In this document: positions 1 through 11,803 of the stretch, one piece after another
Numbering within the stretch: the stretch's first letter is position 1
Layout: every line of letters begins with the position of its first letter
Assembly (NCBI GenBank): GCA_963699245.1
Contig: OY969426.1
Coordinates: forward strand, 133,494 to 197,493
From: Thermoanaerobaculia bacterium
GTDB lineage: Bacteria; Acidobacteriota; Thermoanaerobaculia; Multivoradales; JAGPDF01
Direction: 5' to 3'
Length of the DNA: 64,000 nt
Notes under the pieces: model-generated
What the model saw: only the letters and a program-made list of their open reading frames with translations
Databases searched by the model: none
Told to the model about the DNA's origin: nothing
Made by a program: the position numbers and the translations under genes

Positions 1-884
1 CTCGAGCAGCTGCTCAACGACCAGGACCTGCCGTTCGTCGAGCGCGGCGCGCCGTCGGCGCTCGCGCCGGTGCGCGACGTCGGGATCATGGCGGTGGGCG
101 AACCGTTCGGCGGCAAGGTCATCTACGCGCTCGGCGTCTTCAACGGTGTCCCGGACAACCAGTCGGGCGACCTCGACAACGGCGACGACAAGGACTGGGC
201 GGCGCGGCTCTTCTTCCGGCCCTTCCAGACGCCGGCCGACAAAGCGCCGCCGAAGGTCGGTCTCGGATTCGGCGTCGGCGCGAGCGTGGGACGCCAGGTC
301 GGCAGCGCGGCTTCGCCTAACCTGGCGTCCTACAGGACGCCGGGTGCGCAGACGTTCTTCTCCTATCGCAGCGACGGCGACGACGGCCGGGACCGCGATC
401 GCGGACGGCGACCGGACCCGCCTCGCCCCGCAGGCCTGGTTCTACACGGGGCCTGTGCTGCTCTTCGCGGAGTGGACCGAGAGCCGGCAGGAGGTCGCGC
501 GCGGAGAGCGCGCGCGCCGACCTCGCGCACCGCGCCTGGCAGGTCGCCGGCTCGTGGGCGCTGACCGGCGAGCCGGTCAGCGAACGCGGGTGTCGTTCCG
601 CGCCACCCCTTCGACCCGGCGAGCGGCGGGCGCGGAGCGTTCCTCATCTCGCTGCGCTACGGCATGCGTCGAGCTCGACGGGGCGGCCTTCCCGGTCTTC
701 GCCGATCCGGCGAAGTCCGCCCGGCGCGCGGTCAACGCCGGCGCCAGCTTCGGCTGGATCCTCAGCAAGAACGTCCGCACGCATCCTCGACTACCAGCAG
801 ACGAGCTTCGACGGCGGGGCCGGCGCCGGTGCCGACCGCGAGACCGAAAAGGCGCTGCTCGTGCGATTCCAGCTCGCCTTCTGA
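1..884 (+). pseudogene. phosphate-selective porin O/P family outer-membrane porin; 5' end outside window; frame-disrupted
   Basis: Frame 1 from nt 1 reads ..GKVIYALGVFNGVPDNQSGDLDNGDDKDWAARLFFRPF... It continues in other frames (..APQAWFYTGPVLLFAEWTESRQ.., ..AWQVAGSWALTGEP.., ..NAGASFGWILSKNVR..). It ends ..ILDYQQTSFDGGAGAGADRETEKALLVRFQLAF* (TGA 882-884). At least four frame switches are needed. Confidence 0.6.
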
Positions 885-903
885 CATCCGGAGCGAGAGG
901 AGA

Positions 904-1929
904 ATGAACATGAACAATCACCGGCTTCTCGGCGCCCTCGCGGCGCTCGCCCTGCTCGCCGCTCTGCCGCTGCCGGCAGCCAGGCCGCGTCGACGCTGCT
1001 CAACGTCTCCTACGACCCGACCCGCGAGCTCTACCAGGAGCTCAACGCCGCCTTCGCCGGCGCACTGGAAGCAGAAGACCGGCCAGGAGGTCGACCATCC
1101 AGCAGTCGCACGGCGGCTCGGGCAAGCAGGCGCGCTCGGTGATCGACGGCCTCGAGGCCGACGTCGTCACGCTGGCGCTCGCCTACGACATCGACGCCAT
1201 CGCCCGCGCCGGCCTGCTGCCGGCCGACTGGCAGAAGCGGCTGCCGAACAACAGCACTCCCTACACCTCGACCATCGTCTTCCTGGTGCGCAAGGGGAAC
1301 CCGAAGCAGATCCGCGACTGGGACGATCTGGCGCAGCTCCGGCGTCTCGGTGGTGACGCCCAACCCGAAGACCTCGGGAGGCGCGCGCTGGAACTACCTG
1401 GCCGCCTGGGGCTACGCGCAGCGCAAGTACGGCTCGCGAGGAGAAGGCCCGCGCCCTGGTGGCCGGGATCTTCCGCAACGTGCCGGTGCTCGACACCGGC
1501 GCGCGCGGCTCGACGGTGACCTTCGTCGAGCGCGGCATCGGCGACGTGCTGATCGCCTGGGAGAACGAGGCGCTGCTGACGCTCAAGGAGTTCGGCGCCG
1601 GCAAGTTCGAGATCGTCGCGCCCTCCGAGTCGATCCTCGCCGAGCCGCCGGTGGCGATGGTCGACGCGGTCGTTCGACAGCCAGCGGCACGCGCGAAGTC
1701 GCGCAGGCCTATCTCGAGTATCCTCTACACGCCGGCCGGCCAGGAGATCGCGGCGAAGAACTTCTACCGGCCGCGCGATCCGCAGGTCGCCGCGAAGTAC
1801 GCCGACCGCTTCCCGAAGGTCGAAGCTCTTCACCATCGACGAGGCGTTCGGCGGCTGGGCCAAGGCGCAGGCAGCGCACTTCGCCGAAGGCGGCGAGTTC
1901 GACCGGCTCTCGCGCAGCCGGCGAAATGA
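904..1929 (+). pseudogene. cysP: sulfate/thiosulfate ABC transporter substrate-binding protein, frame-disrupted
   Basis: ATG 904 follows GAGAGGAG. Signal peptide [26 protein letters not shown]. Sbp/CysP-like segments are spread over three frames: [26 protein letters not shown] / [10 protein letters not shown] / [54 protein letters not shown] / [23 protein letters not shown] / [35 protein letters not shown]. At least 6 frame switches. Confidence 0.8.
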
Positions 1930-2751
1930 GCCGGCGCGAGGAGCGCGGGGCGCTGCCGGGCTTCGGGCTGTCGCTCGGGGTCACGCTGCTGACCCTCGGC
2001 GCTCCTCGTGCTGATTCCGCTCTCGACCGTCGTCCTCAAGACCGCGACGCTCACTCCCGCGCGCATCTGGGAGCTCGCGACCTCGGCGCGCGCGCTGGCC
2101 GTCGTACCGGCTGACCTTCGGCGCGGCGGCCGCCGCGGCGGCGGTCAACCTCGTCTTCGGCGTCTCGTGGCCTGGGTGCTCGAGCGCTACCGCTTTCCGG
2201 GGCGGCGGGTCATCGACGCGCTGGTCGACCTCCCGTTCGCGCTGCCTACCGCGGTGGCCGGCATCGCGCTGGCCGCCGTCTACGCGCCGAACGGCTGGCT
2301 CGGGCGCTGGCTCGAGCCGATCGGGACTCAAGGTCGCCTACACGCCGCTCGGCGTCGCCGTGGCGCTCACCTTCATCGGCCTGCCCTTCGTCGTGCGCAC
2401 GGTGCAGCCGGTGCTGCGCGATCTCGATCCGGCGCTCGAGGAGGCGGCGGCGACGCTGGGCGCCGGACGCCTGGCGGACGCTGCGCCGCGTCGTCCTGCC
2501 CGAGCTGCCTGCCGGCGGCGGCGACCGGCTTCGTGCTGGCGCTGGCGCGCGGGCTCGGCGAGTACGGCTCGGTGATCTTCATCGCCGGCAACCTGCCGAT
2601 GAAGTCGGAGATCACCGCGCTGCTGATCATGGTGCGGCTCGAGGAGTACGACTACGCCGGCGCCACGGCGATCGCGCTGGTCTTCCTCGTCGCCTCCTTC
2701 CTGCTCCTGCTGGCCCTCAACCGCGCTGGCGCGCGGCCGGCGCGGCGGTGA
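1926..2751 (+). pseudogene. cysT: sulfate ABC transporter permease CysT (CysU), frame-disrupted
   Basis: ATG 1926 overlaps the cysP stop (ATGA). Segments [21 protein letters not shown] / [20 protein letters not shown] / [36 protein letters not shown] / [40 protein letters not shown] / [12 protein letters not shown] / [29 protein letters not shown] lie in alternating frames (about 6 switches). Confidence 0.8.
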
Positions 2752-2758
2752 CAGCGCG

Positions 2759-3600
2759 ATGAGCGCAGCGCCTTCCGCGATCCGCGCGCCGAGCCGCGCC
2801 TGGATGCGCTGGACGCTCGGCGCTGTCGCCTTCGGCTTCCTCGCCCTCTTCCTGGTGGTGCCGGTCGCGGCGGTCTTCGCACAGGCGCTCTCGAAGAGGG
2901 TGGGCGGTCTATCTCGCGGCGATCCGCGAGCCGATCGCGCTCGCCGCCGTGACGCCTGACGCTCGTCGTCGCGCTGATCGTCGTGCCGGTCAACACCGCT
3001 CTTCGGCGTCGCCGCTGCCTGGGCGGTGACCCGCTTCCAGTTCCGCGGCAAGCAACTGCTGGTGACCCTGATCGACCTGCCGTTCAGCGTCTCGCCGGTC
3101 GTCGCCGGCATGCTCTTCGTGCTGCTCTTCGGCGCGCAGGGGCTGCTCGGCCCCTTCCTTTCGCAGCACGGCATCCGGCTCCTCTTCGCCCTGCCCGGGA
3201 TCGTGCTGGCGACGCTGTTCGTCACCGCTGCCTTTCGTCGCCCGCCAGCTCATCCCCCTGATGGAGTCGCAGGGCGCGAGCGAGGAGGAGGCCGCGCTGA
3301 CGCTCGGCGCCTCGGGCTGGAAGACCTTCCTGCGGGTGACGCTGCCCAAGATCCGCTGGGCGCTGCTCTACGGCGTCATCCTGACCAACGCCCGGGCGAT
3401 GGGGGAGTTCGGCGCCGTTTCGGTCGTCTCGGGGCACATCCGCGGCAGGACCAACACCATCCCTCTGCACGTCGAGATCCTCTACAACGAATACCAGTTC
3501 GCCGCCGCCTTCGCGGTGGCGTCGCTGCTCACGCTGCGTGGCGCTCGCGACGCTGGTCGCCCAGGCCGCGCTCGGGCGGCAGCTGCGGGGCGATCGCTGA
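2759..3600 (+). pseudogene. cysW: sulfate ABC transporter permease CysW, frame-disrupted
   Basis: ORF pieces 2759-2959 (MSAAPS..WTLGAVAFGFLALFLVVPVAAVFAQAL), 3026- (..[31 protein letters not shown]..) and 3261-3605 ([70 protein letters not shown]) together make a CysW. Likely stop is TGA 3598-3600. Confidence 0.8.
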
Positions 3601-3614
3601 GGTAGCCTTTCGTC

Positions 3615-5322
3615 GTGCGACGCTGGAGCTTTCGCGGAGTGCTGACGGTCTGGGCGCTCGCCCTGGTGGCAGCCACCGTCGCCGCCACCGCGGCGCTCGC
3701 CTATCGACAGCTCACCGGCCTCGCCCGCGAGGAGGCGCTGGCGCGCGCGGCCCGCGCCGGGGATCGCGCGCTCGAGGCGATGAGCCGGGGCCTCGATCCG
3801 GCGCTCTTCGAACAGGAGACCGGCGTCGAGGTGACGCGCCGCGCCCGCGCCGAGGTCGAGTCCTCGTTCGGCGAAGCGCGGCTCGTCGTCTGGCGCGAGG
3901 CGCTCGAAAAAGGGCACGCCGAGCGCTTCCTGTCCGGCGGCGCCGGCGCGGTCGCCGCGCTGGCGCTCCCCGGCGCGCCCTCGCCGGGCGTCGTCGAGGC
4001 GCGCATTCCGGAGGAGCGGGTCCTGGCGGCGCCCCGCCGCTTCCTCGCCCGCCTGCTCGTCGCAGCAGGAGCCATCGCCGTCGCCGCTCTGGCGCTGGCC
4101 TGGATCCTGGCGCGCCGCTTCGCGGCGCCGATCGAAGAGTCTGGCACGCGCGGCGAGCCGAATGGGGAGCGGCGATCTCGGCGCGCCGGTGAACGGATCG
4201 GGGGGCGTCGAGACCGGCGCGCTGGCGAGCGCGCTCGACGGCATGCGGCGCGCGCTGCTGCTGACTCGTGGTGAGCTCGAGGGCAGGCGCGCCGAGCTCG
4301 AAGCGGTCGTGGCAGGGGTCGCCGAGGGAGTGCTGGCGGTCGATCGGGAACGGCGGGTCCGCTTCATCTCGGCCCCGGCAGCGGCGCTCCTCGGCGTCGA
4401 GCCGGTGGCCGCGCAGGGAGAGTTCTGCGGCGACCTTCTGCGGCCCGAGCTCGTCGGCGGCGTTCGCCCCTGTGACGAGTCCTGTCCGATCCTGCAGGCG
4501 CGCTTTCGTGGCCCGGCGCGCGCCGTCGAGCGCCTGCAGATCGGGGAGGAGCAACGCCAGGTGATCGTCTCGGCCCCGGCGGCCGCCGGCGCTTTGCAGG
4601 TCGTGATCCTGAGCGAAGAGTCGGCGCCGGAGGCGGCGCGGCGGGCGCGCGACGCGGCGGTGGCTGATCTCGCCCACGAGTTGCAGACGCCGCTCGCGGC
4701 GCAGAGCGCCTCGCTCGAGCTGCTGCGAGACCGCCTCTCGGAGTCCGACCGCCCTGCGCTCGAGCTGGTTCTGGCGCTGGAGGCCGGCACCTCGCGCCTG
4801 CGCCGGCTGATCGACAACCTGCTCGAGAGCGTGCGCATCGAGTCGGGGCAGCTCTCGATTCGGCGCGCCGCGGTCGATGTCGAAGAGGTGGTCGAGGAGG
4901 CCGTGGCGATGACCCGTCCGCTGCTCGAGCGACGGCGCCAGCGGCTCGACATCGAGTTGCCGCATCCGCTGCCGTCTCCGACCGGGGACGCCCGGCGGCT
5001 CGGCCAGGTAGTGGTCAACCTGATCGCCAATGCCTCGAAATTCGGTCCGGAGGGCTCGACGGTGCGGTTGGGCGCGACGCTCGCCGGCGAGGCGCTCGAG
5101 CTCTGGATCGAGGACGAAGGGCCGGGCTTCCCCGACCCGGCGCGCGCCGCCGATCCGGGGCGTTTCCGCCGTGGCCCCGCCGAACCGGCCGCCGAGGGGA
5201 GCGGCCTCGGCCTCTGGATCTGCCGCTCGATCCTCGACCGTCACGGCGGTGCCCTGGCGGTCGAGCGCCGCGAGGGACGGACGCGAGTGACCGCCCGCCT
5301 GCCGCGCGCGGAGGCGGCGTGA
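3615..5322 (+). pseudogene. sensor histidine kinase (TM-HAMP-PAS-HisKA-HATPase), one frame switch near 4140
   Basis: N-terminal TM plus periplasmic region in ORF 3615-4274, remainder in ORF 4162-5322. H-box DLAHELQTPL, N-box VVVNLIANASKF, G1 DEGPGF, G2 GSGLGLWIC. Removing one base near 4140 gives a continuous HAMP (..[18 protein letters not shown]..). Confidence 0.8.
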
Positions 5323-6008
5323 AGATCCTGGTCGTCGACGATGACGCCGACCTGCGGGCGGTCGTGGCCTTCGCGCTGCGCGACGCCGGCTATCTCGTGG
5401 TCGAAGCGGGGGACGCGGCGGGAGCGCTGGCGCGGACGGCGGGAGAGTTGCCGGACCTGGTCGTTCTCGACCTCAATCTCGGCGGCGCCGACGGGCTCGA
5501 CCTGATCGCCGGCCTGCGCGCGCGCGACGGCGCCCCGCGGCCGGTGCTGGTGCTGTCGGTGCGCTCCGCCGAGGAGGATCTGGTGCGCGCCCTCGACCTC
5601 GGCGCCGACGACTACCTGACCAAGCCCTTTTCGCCGCGTACCCTGCTGGCGCGGGTGCGCGCGGTCCTGCGCCGCGCCGGCGTCGAGCGCCCGGAGCCGC
5701 TGGTGGCCGGTTCGCTTTCGGTCGACCTCGACCGCCGGCTGGCTTCCGTCGCCGGCCGGCCGGCGATCCGCCTGACGCCGCTAGAGCTCCGCCTGCTGCA
5801 GTTCCTGGTCGCGCGGGCCGGCGAGACGGTCCCCGCCGAGCGGCTGCTCGTGCACGTCTGGGGAGGGCGCGGGGAGGGAGACCGCCAGCTCCTCAAGCAG
5901 CTCGTGCATCGCCTGCGCCAGAAGATCGAGCCCGATCCGCTCGCTCCCCGTCTCGTGATCACCGTGGCTGGCGAGGGGTATCGCTTCGATCCGACGCTTC
6001 CCGCCTGA
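5319..6008 (+). CDS. OmpR-family response regulator (receiver + winged-helix)
   Basis: MKILVVDDDADLR.., DLNLGGADGLDLI, DDYLTKPFSPRTLLARVRAVLRR, C-terminal ..GEGYRF. The start overlaps the kinase stop. Confidence 0.9.
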   Translation: MKILVVDDDADLRAVVAFALRDAGYLVVEAGDAAGALARTAGELPDLVVLDLNLGGADGLDLIAGLRARDGAPRPVLVLSVRSAEEDLVRALDLGADDYLTKPFSPRTLLARVRAVLRRAGVERPEPLVAGSLSVDLDRRLASVAGRPAIRLTPLELRLLQFLVARAGETVPAERLLVHVWGGRGEGDRQLLKQLVHRLRQKIEPDPLAPRLVITVAGEGYRFDPTLPA

Positions 6009-6035
6009 AGCGTTCCTTCCCGCTTGGCCGCTCCG

Positions 6036-6061
6036 GCGGCGCGTGAGAGACTGCGCGCCGC
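6036..6061 (+). terminator. GC-rich hairpin after the response-regulator gene (terminator-like, no U tract)
   Basis: GCGGCGCG (6036-6043), a 10-nt loop, then CGCGCCGC (6054-6061), 28 nt after the stop. Confidence 0.3.
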
Positions 6062-6095
6062 TTCGACGCCAGATCCGACGCCAGGAGGGGAGCCT

Positions 6096-7878
<1,783 letters not shown>

Positions 7879-7925
7879 CGTCGCCCGGCGGCGCGAGCGC
7901 CGCGCCGGGCCGCACGCTCTGGGGG

Positions 7926-9218
7926 ATGAGCGGCTACCAGTGGGGAGTCGTCTTCGCCGCCTGGCTCGGCTGGGGCTTCGACGTCTTCGACGGCCTGCTC
8001 TTCAACTTCGTCGCGCCCAACTGCGTGCCGACCCTGCTCGGCCTGACCATCGGCTCGCCGGAAGCCCGCGCGGCGACGCTGCGCTGGACGGGGGGACTGA
8101 CCTCGGTGCTCCTCGTCGGCTGGGCGCTCGGCGGCATCTTCTTCGGCCGCATCGCCGACCGCATCGGCCGGACGCGCACGCTGATGCTGACCATGCTGCT
8201 CTACGCGCTCGGCACGGCGCTCTGCTCGCTGGCGCCGAACCTCTGGGTGCTGGCGGCTTTCCGGCTCGTCTCGAGCTTCGGCATCGGCGGCGAGTGGGCG
8301 GCGGGCGCCGCCATGGTCGCCGAGGTCGTGCCGGAGCGGCGGCGGGTGGAAGCGGGCGCGCTGCTCTATACCTCCGCTCCGGTGGGCCTCTTCCTCGCCA
8401 GCCTGGTGAACTTCCGGATCGCCGGCGTCTGGCTGAAGGACCGGCCGGAGATCTCGTGGCGGGCGATCTTCCTCGCCGGGCTGATTCCGGCCGCGGTGGC
8501 GCTGCTGGTGCGCAAGTTCGTGCGCGAACCCGAGCGCTGGCAACGAGCGGCGGCGGGCGGCCGCGCCGGCCAACTGCGGGAGCTCTTCGACCGCGACCAC
8601 TGGCGCCTGACGCGCAGCGGCTTCCTGATGGCGCTCACGGCGCTCGTCATGTGGTGGAGCTGCAACGCCTTCATCCCGGTGGTCGCCTCGGGCCTCGCGC
8701 AGGTCGAAGCTCAGCGCCGCGGCCTCGATCGCGCCGCCATGCTGGCGCTGGTCGAGAGCTGGAAGTCGGTCGCCACCAGCCGCTTCAACTGGGGCGGGCT
8801 GCTCGGCACCCTGCTGACGGTGCCGGCCGCGAAGTGGCTCGGGCGGCGGGCGATGTTCGCGCTCTACTTCGCGCTGTCGGCCGCGGCGCTGTTCACGACC
8901 TTCGGCCTCGACCTGGCGCCCGAGACGCGTCTCGGCATGTACTTCTGGATCGGCCTCTCGGTGTTCGGCGTCTTCGGAAGCTTCACCTACTACCTGCCGG
9001 AGCTCTTCCCGACCCGGCTGCGCGGCACGGGTGCCGGCTTCTGCTACAACATCGGCCGGGTGCTGGCGGCAGCCGGCCCGCTGGTGGTCGGCGCGGTGGC
9101 CTCGCGCGGCGCGGAGAGCACGCTGCAGGCGCTCTTCGCGGTCGGCTTCGCGCCGCTCGCCGGCCTGCTCTTCCTGCCCTGGGTGGTGGAGACGAAAGGG
9201 CGCGAGCTCGCCGACTGA
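7926..9218 (+). CDS. MFS transporter
   Basis: Internal ATG 7926 of ORF 7035-9218. MSGYQWGVVFAAWLGWGFDVFDG.., GGIFFGRIADRIGRTRTLMLTML, multiple predicted TM helices, YYLPELFPTRLRGTGAGFCYNIGRV. Confidence 0.85.
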   Translation: MSGYQWGVVFAAWLGWGFDVFDGLLFNFVAPNCVPTLLGLTIGSPEARAATLRWTGGLTSVLLVGWALGGIFFGRIADRIGRTRTLMLTMLLYALGTALCSLAPNLWVLAAFRLVSSFGIGGEWAAGAAMVAEVVPERRRVEAGALLYTSAPVGLFLASLVNFRIAGVWLKDRPEISWRAIFLAGLIPAAVALLVRKFVREPERWQRAAAGGRAGQLRELFDRDHWRLTRSGFLMALTALVMWWSCNAFIPVVASGLAQVEAQRRGLDRAAMLALVESWKSVATSRFNWGGLLGTLLTVPAAKWLGRRAMFALYFALSAAALFTTFGLDLAPETRLGMYFWIGLSVFGVFGSFTYYLPELFPTRLRGTGAGFCYNIGRVLAAAGPLVVGAVASRGAESTLQALFAVGFAPLAGLLFLPWVVETKGRELAD

Positions 9219-9242
9219 AGCGGCTGTCGCGCTGTCGCGCCG

Positions 9243-10670
9243 TCAGTGCGCGTTGTGACGCAGGCCGTGGCGGATCGTCATCCAGAGAATCTGGAAGTCG
9301 AGGCCCAGCGACCAGTTTTCGACGTAGTAGAGGTCGTACTCGAGGCGCTTGCGCACCGAGGTGTTGCCGCGCCAGCCGTGCACCTGCGCCCAGCCGGTGA
9401 TGCCGGCCTTGACGCGATGCCGCAGCATGTACTGCGGCAGGTGCTGCTTGAACTCGCTGACGAAAGTGGGGCGCTCCGGACGCGGGCCGACGAGCGACAT
9501 CTCGCCCTTGAAGACGTTCCAGAGCTGCGGCAGCTCGTCCATCGACCAGCGGCGCAGGAAGCCGCCGAATCGGGTGCGGCGCGGGTCGCTCTCGACCGCC
9601 CAGACCGGACCGCTCGAGGCCTCGGCGTCGACCCGCATCGAGCGGAACTTCCAGATTTCGAACGAGCGCCCGTCGAGTCCCATGCGCTCTTGCCGGTAGA
9701 AGATCGGGCCGCGGTCTTCGAGCCAGATGATCAGCGCCACGAGCGGGTAGAGGGGGGCGAGCACGAGCAGGCCGAGCGCCGAGAGGGCGATGTCGACCAC
9801 TCGCTTCACCAGGCTGTTCCACCCCTGCAGCGGCACCTGGGTCAGGTTGATGATCGGCGCGCCGTCGAGATCCTCCAGCGTCGCCTTGATGGTGGCGTAC
9901 TGCAGGATGTCCGGCACCAGCTTGACCTCGACGCACTCGGCGCCCACCGCCTGCAGCACGCGCATCATCTTGCGGTGCGCCTCGAGCGGCAGGGCGACGT
10001 AGACCTGGTCGACGCGGGTCGCGGCGACGACTTTTTCCACCTCGCGCGTCGTGCCGAGCACCGGCAGGCCGAGGATGGTGCGCCCGGCCTTGGCCGGATC
10101 GTCGTCGACGAAGCCGACCACCTCGACGCCGTAGTCGCGATTGGCGAGCAGCTTGGCGGCGACCTCGGTGCCGAGCTTGCCGGCGCCGACGATCAGCGTG
10201 CGCTGCGGCTGGCCGACGTGCAGGCTGGCGCTGAACAGCACCCAGCGCACGAAGGCGCGCATGGGCACCACCAGCACCAGCTCGAGGCCGGCGAACATGG
10301 CGATGAAAGCGCGGCTGTAGGTGAAGTACTCGATGCTGCCGGGCTGCAGCGAGGGGCGATACCAGGAGACGACGCCCGACAGCAGGACGGTGCCGAGCAG
10401 GACGCCGAAGAGGAACGATACCGCCTCGTCGACCCGGCTGCGGGTGGTCCGCTGGCGATAGGAACCGTGAAAGTAGAAGACGACCGGGAAGAGAAGGAGG
10501 ACGACCGGCAGCAGCTCGAGATAGCGCTCGAAGTCCGGCGCCGTCTTGGTGAGCGGAACGACCTCGGCGGTGAAACGGAGGTACCAGGCGGCGAAGAAGG
10601 CACCCGTCGTCGCGACGAGGTCGCCGAACAGGAGGAGGGCCGAGGTGATCCGGTGCCGCTGTCGAGTCAA
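9243..10670 (-). CDS. polyprenyl-phosphate sugar phosphotransferase (WcaJ/EpsB-type initiating transferase)
   Basis: N-terminal TM helices. C-terminal bacterial sugar-transferase domain PIFYRQERMGLDGRSFEIWKFRSMRVDAE..DELPQLWNVFKGEMSLVGPRPERP. A TTG at 10670 overlaps the upstream stop (TTGA). The longest ORF start at 10799 would overlap the upstream gene by 130 nt. Confidence 0.85.
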   Translation of the reverse strand: MTRQRHRITSALLLFGDLVATTGAFFAAWYLRFTAEVVPLTKTAPDFERYLELLPVVLLLFPVVFYFHGSYRQRTTRSRVDEAVSFLFGVLLGTVLLSGVVSWYRPSLQPGSIEYFTYSRAFIAMFAGLELVLVVPMRAFVRWVLFSASLHVGQPQRTLIVGAGKLGTEVAAKLLANRDYGVEVVGFVDDDPAKAGRTILGLPVLGTTREVEKVVAATRVDQVYVALPLEAHRKMMRVLQAVGAECVEVKLVPDILQYATIKATLEDLDGAPIINLTQVPLQGWNSLVKRVVDIALSALGLLVLAPLYPLVALIIWLEDRGPIFYRQERMGLDGRSFEIWKFRSMRVDAEASSGPVWAVESDPRRTRFGGFLRRWSMDELPQLWNVFKGEMSLVGPRPERPTFVSEFKQHLPQYMLRHRVKAGITGWAQVHGWRGNTSVRKRLEYDLYYVENWSLGLDFQILWMTIRHGLRHNAH

Positions 10671-11803
10671 GCCAGGAAATCCTCCGCGTCCGGCCAGTCT
10701 TCGGCGACCAGCGCGCCGAGTCGGCGAGCGAACGAATCGGGGGAATAGCTCCCCGCTCGCCCCCTGAGGTTCACGGAATTGAACTGCATCCGCCGACATT
10801 TGTCAATCGCTGCAGCGATTTCCCGCGGCTCGTCCTTGTGGAAAAAGACCCCTTCCTGCCCCTCGCGGACGATGTCCAGGACCCCCCCGCGGCCGAGCGC
10901 CACGACCGGGGTTCCACAGGCCAGCGCTTCGACCGTGGCGATGCCGAAATCCTCGATTCCAGGCTGCAGGAAGCAGATCGCGCCCCGGTAGGCCTCGCGC
11001 AGCAGGGGGCCCTCGACCCGCCCCGCCAGGCGCACGTCGGGACCGGCGAGCCGGGACAGGGCCTCCCGTTCGGGTCCGTCGCCGACGACGACCAGCGGAA
11101 TACCGGCCAGCCGGCAGGCCTCGATGGCCAGATCCACTTTTTTGTACGGGGAGAGCGAGGCCACCATCAGGGCGTGCCGCCGAGGGAGCTCCTCGCCGGC
11201 GGGCGCCGGGGTGAAGAAGGCGGTGTCGACCGGCGGAGGGAGGACCTCGGCGCTGCGGCCGTAGTAGCGATGGATGCGGTCGGCGACGAAAGTGGAGTTG
11301 GCGAGGTACCGATCGGCTCGGCCGGCAGTGGCGACGTCCCACTGGCGCAGCGCTGCCAGGACGGTCCGCCGCAAGACGCGGACGATCCCCCGATCGCGCC
11401 CGAAATAGGCCTCGATCTGGTCCCAGGCATAGCGCATCGGCGTGTGGCAGTAGCAGAGGTGGAAAGCGCCGGGACCGCGCCGGGCGCTCTTGGCGACACA
11501 GTGGCTGCTCGAGATCAGGTAGCGATGGCCGGTGGTCGGCAGGCCCTCGACGGCGAGCGGGAAGAGCGGCAGGTACGAGCGGTAGTGCGGATCGATCCCG
11601 GGCGCGCGATCGAGGAAGCTGGTGACGATCGGGTGGCTCTCGATCTCCGGGTCGACGCTGCCGGGAAAGTGGAAGAGCGTGTAGACCGGCGCCCCCGGAA
11701 AGAGGCGGCAGATCTCGCGCAGGACGTTCTCGCCCCCGCGCTGGCCGGTCAGCCAGTCGTGGACGATGCCGACCGGATGATCGAAGCGCCGGCGGGCGGT
11801 CAT
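10667..11803 (-). CDS. glycosyltransferase family 4
   Basis: C-terminal part of the 724-aa ORF 10667-12841, from MTARRRFDHPVGIVHDWL.. (ATG 11803, ATGA overlap with the upstream gene). ..SLSPYKKVDLAIEA..VVVGDGPE.., EDFGIATVEALACGTPVVA (EX7E). Confidence 0.85.
   Translation of the reverse strand: MTARRRFDHPVGIVHDWLTGQRGGENVLREICRLFPGAPVYTLFHFPGSVDPEIESHPIVTSFLDRAPGIDPHYRSYLPLFPLAVEGLPTTGHRYLISSSHCVAKSARRGPGAFHLCYCHTPMRYAWDQIEAYFGRDRGIVRVLRRTVLAALRQWDVATAGRADRYLANSTFVADRIHRYYGRSAEVLPPPVDTAFFTPAPAGEELPRRHALMVASLSPYKKVDLAIEACRLAGIPLVVVGDGPEREALSRLAGPDVRLAGRVEGPLLREAYRGAICFLQPGIEDFGIATVEALACGTPVVALGRGGVLDIVREGQEGVFFHKDEPREIAAAIDKCRRMQFNSVNLRGRAGSYSPDSFARRLGALVAEDWPDAEDFLA

Noticed and set aside
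9223-9238. Tandem GCTGTCGC GCTGTCGC between the convergent MFS and sugar-transferase genes.
   Set aside because: It is two copies of an 8-mer in a 24-nt spacer. That is too short to call a repeat element or a terminator.
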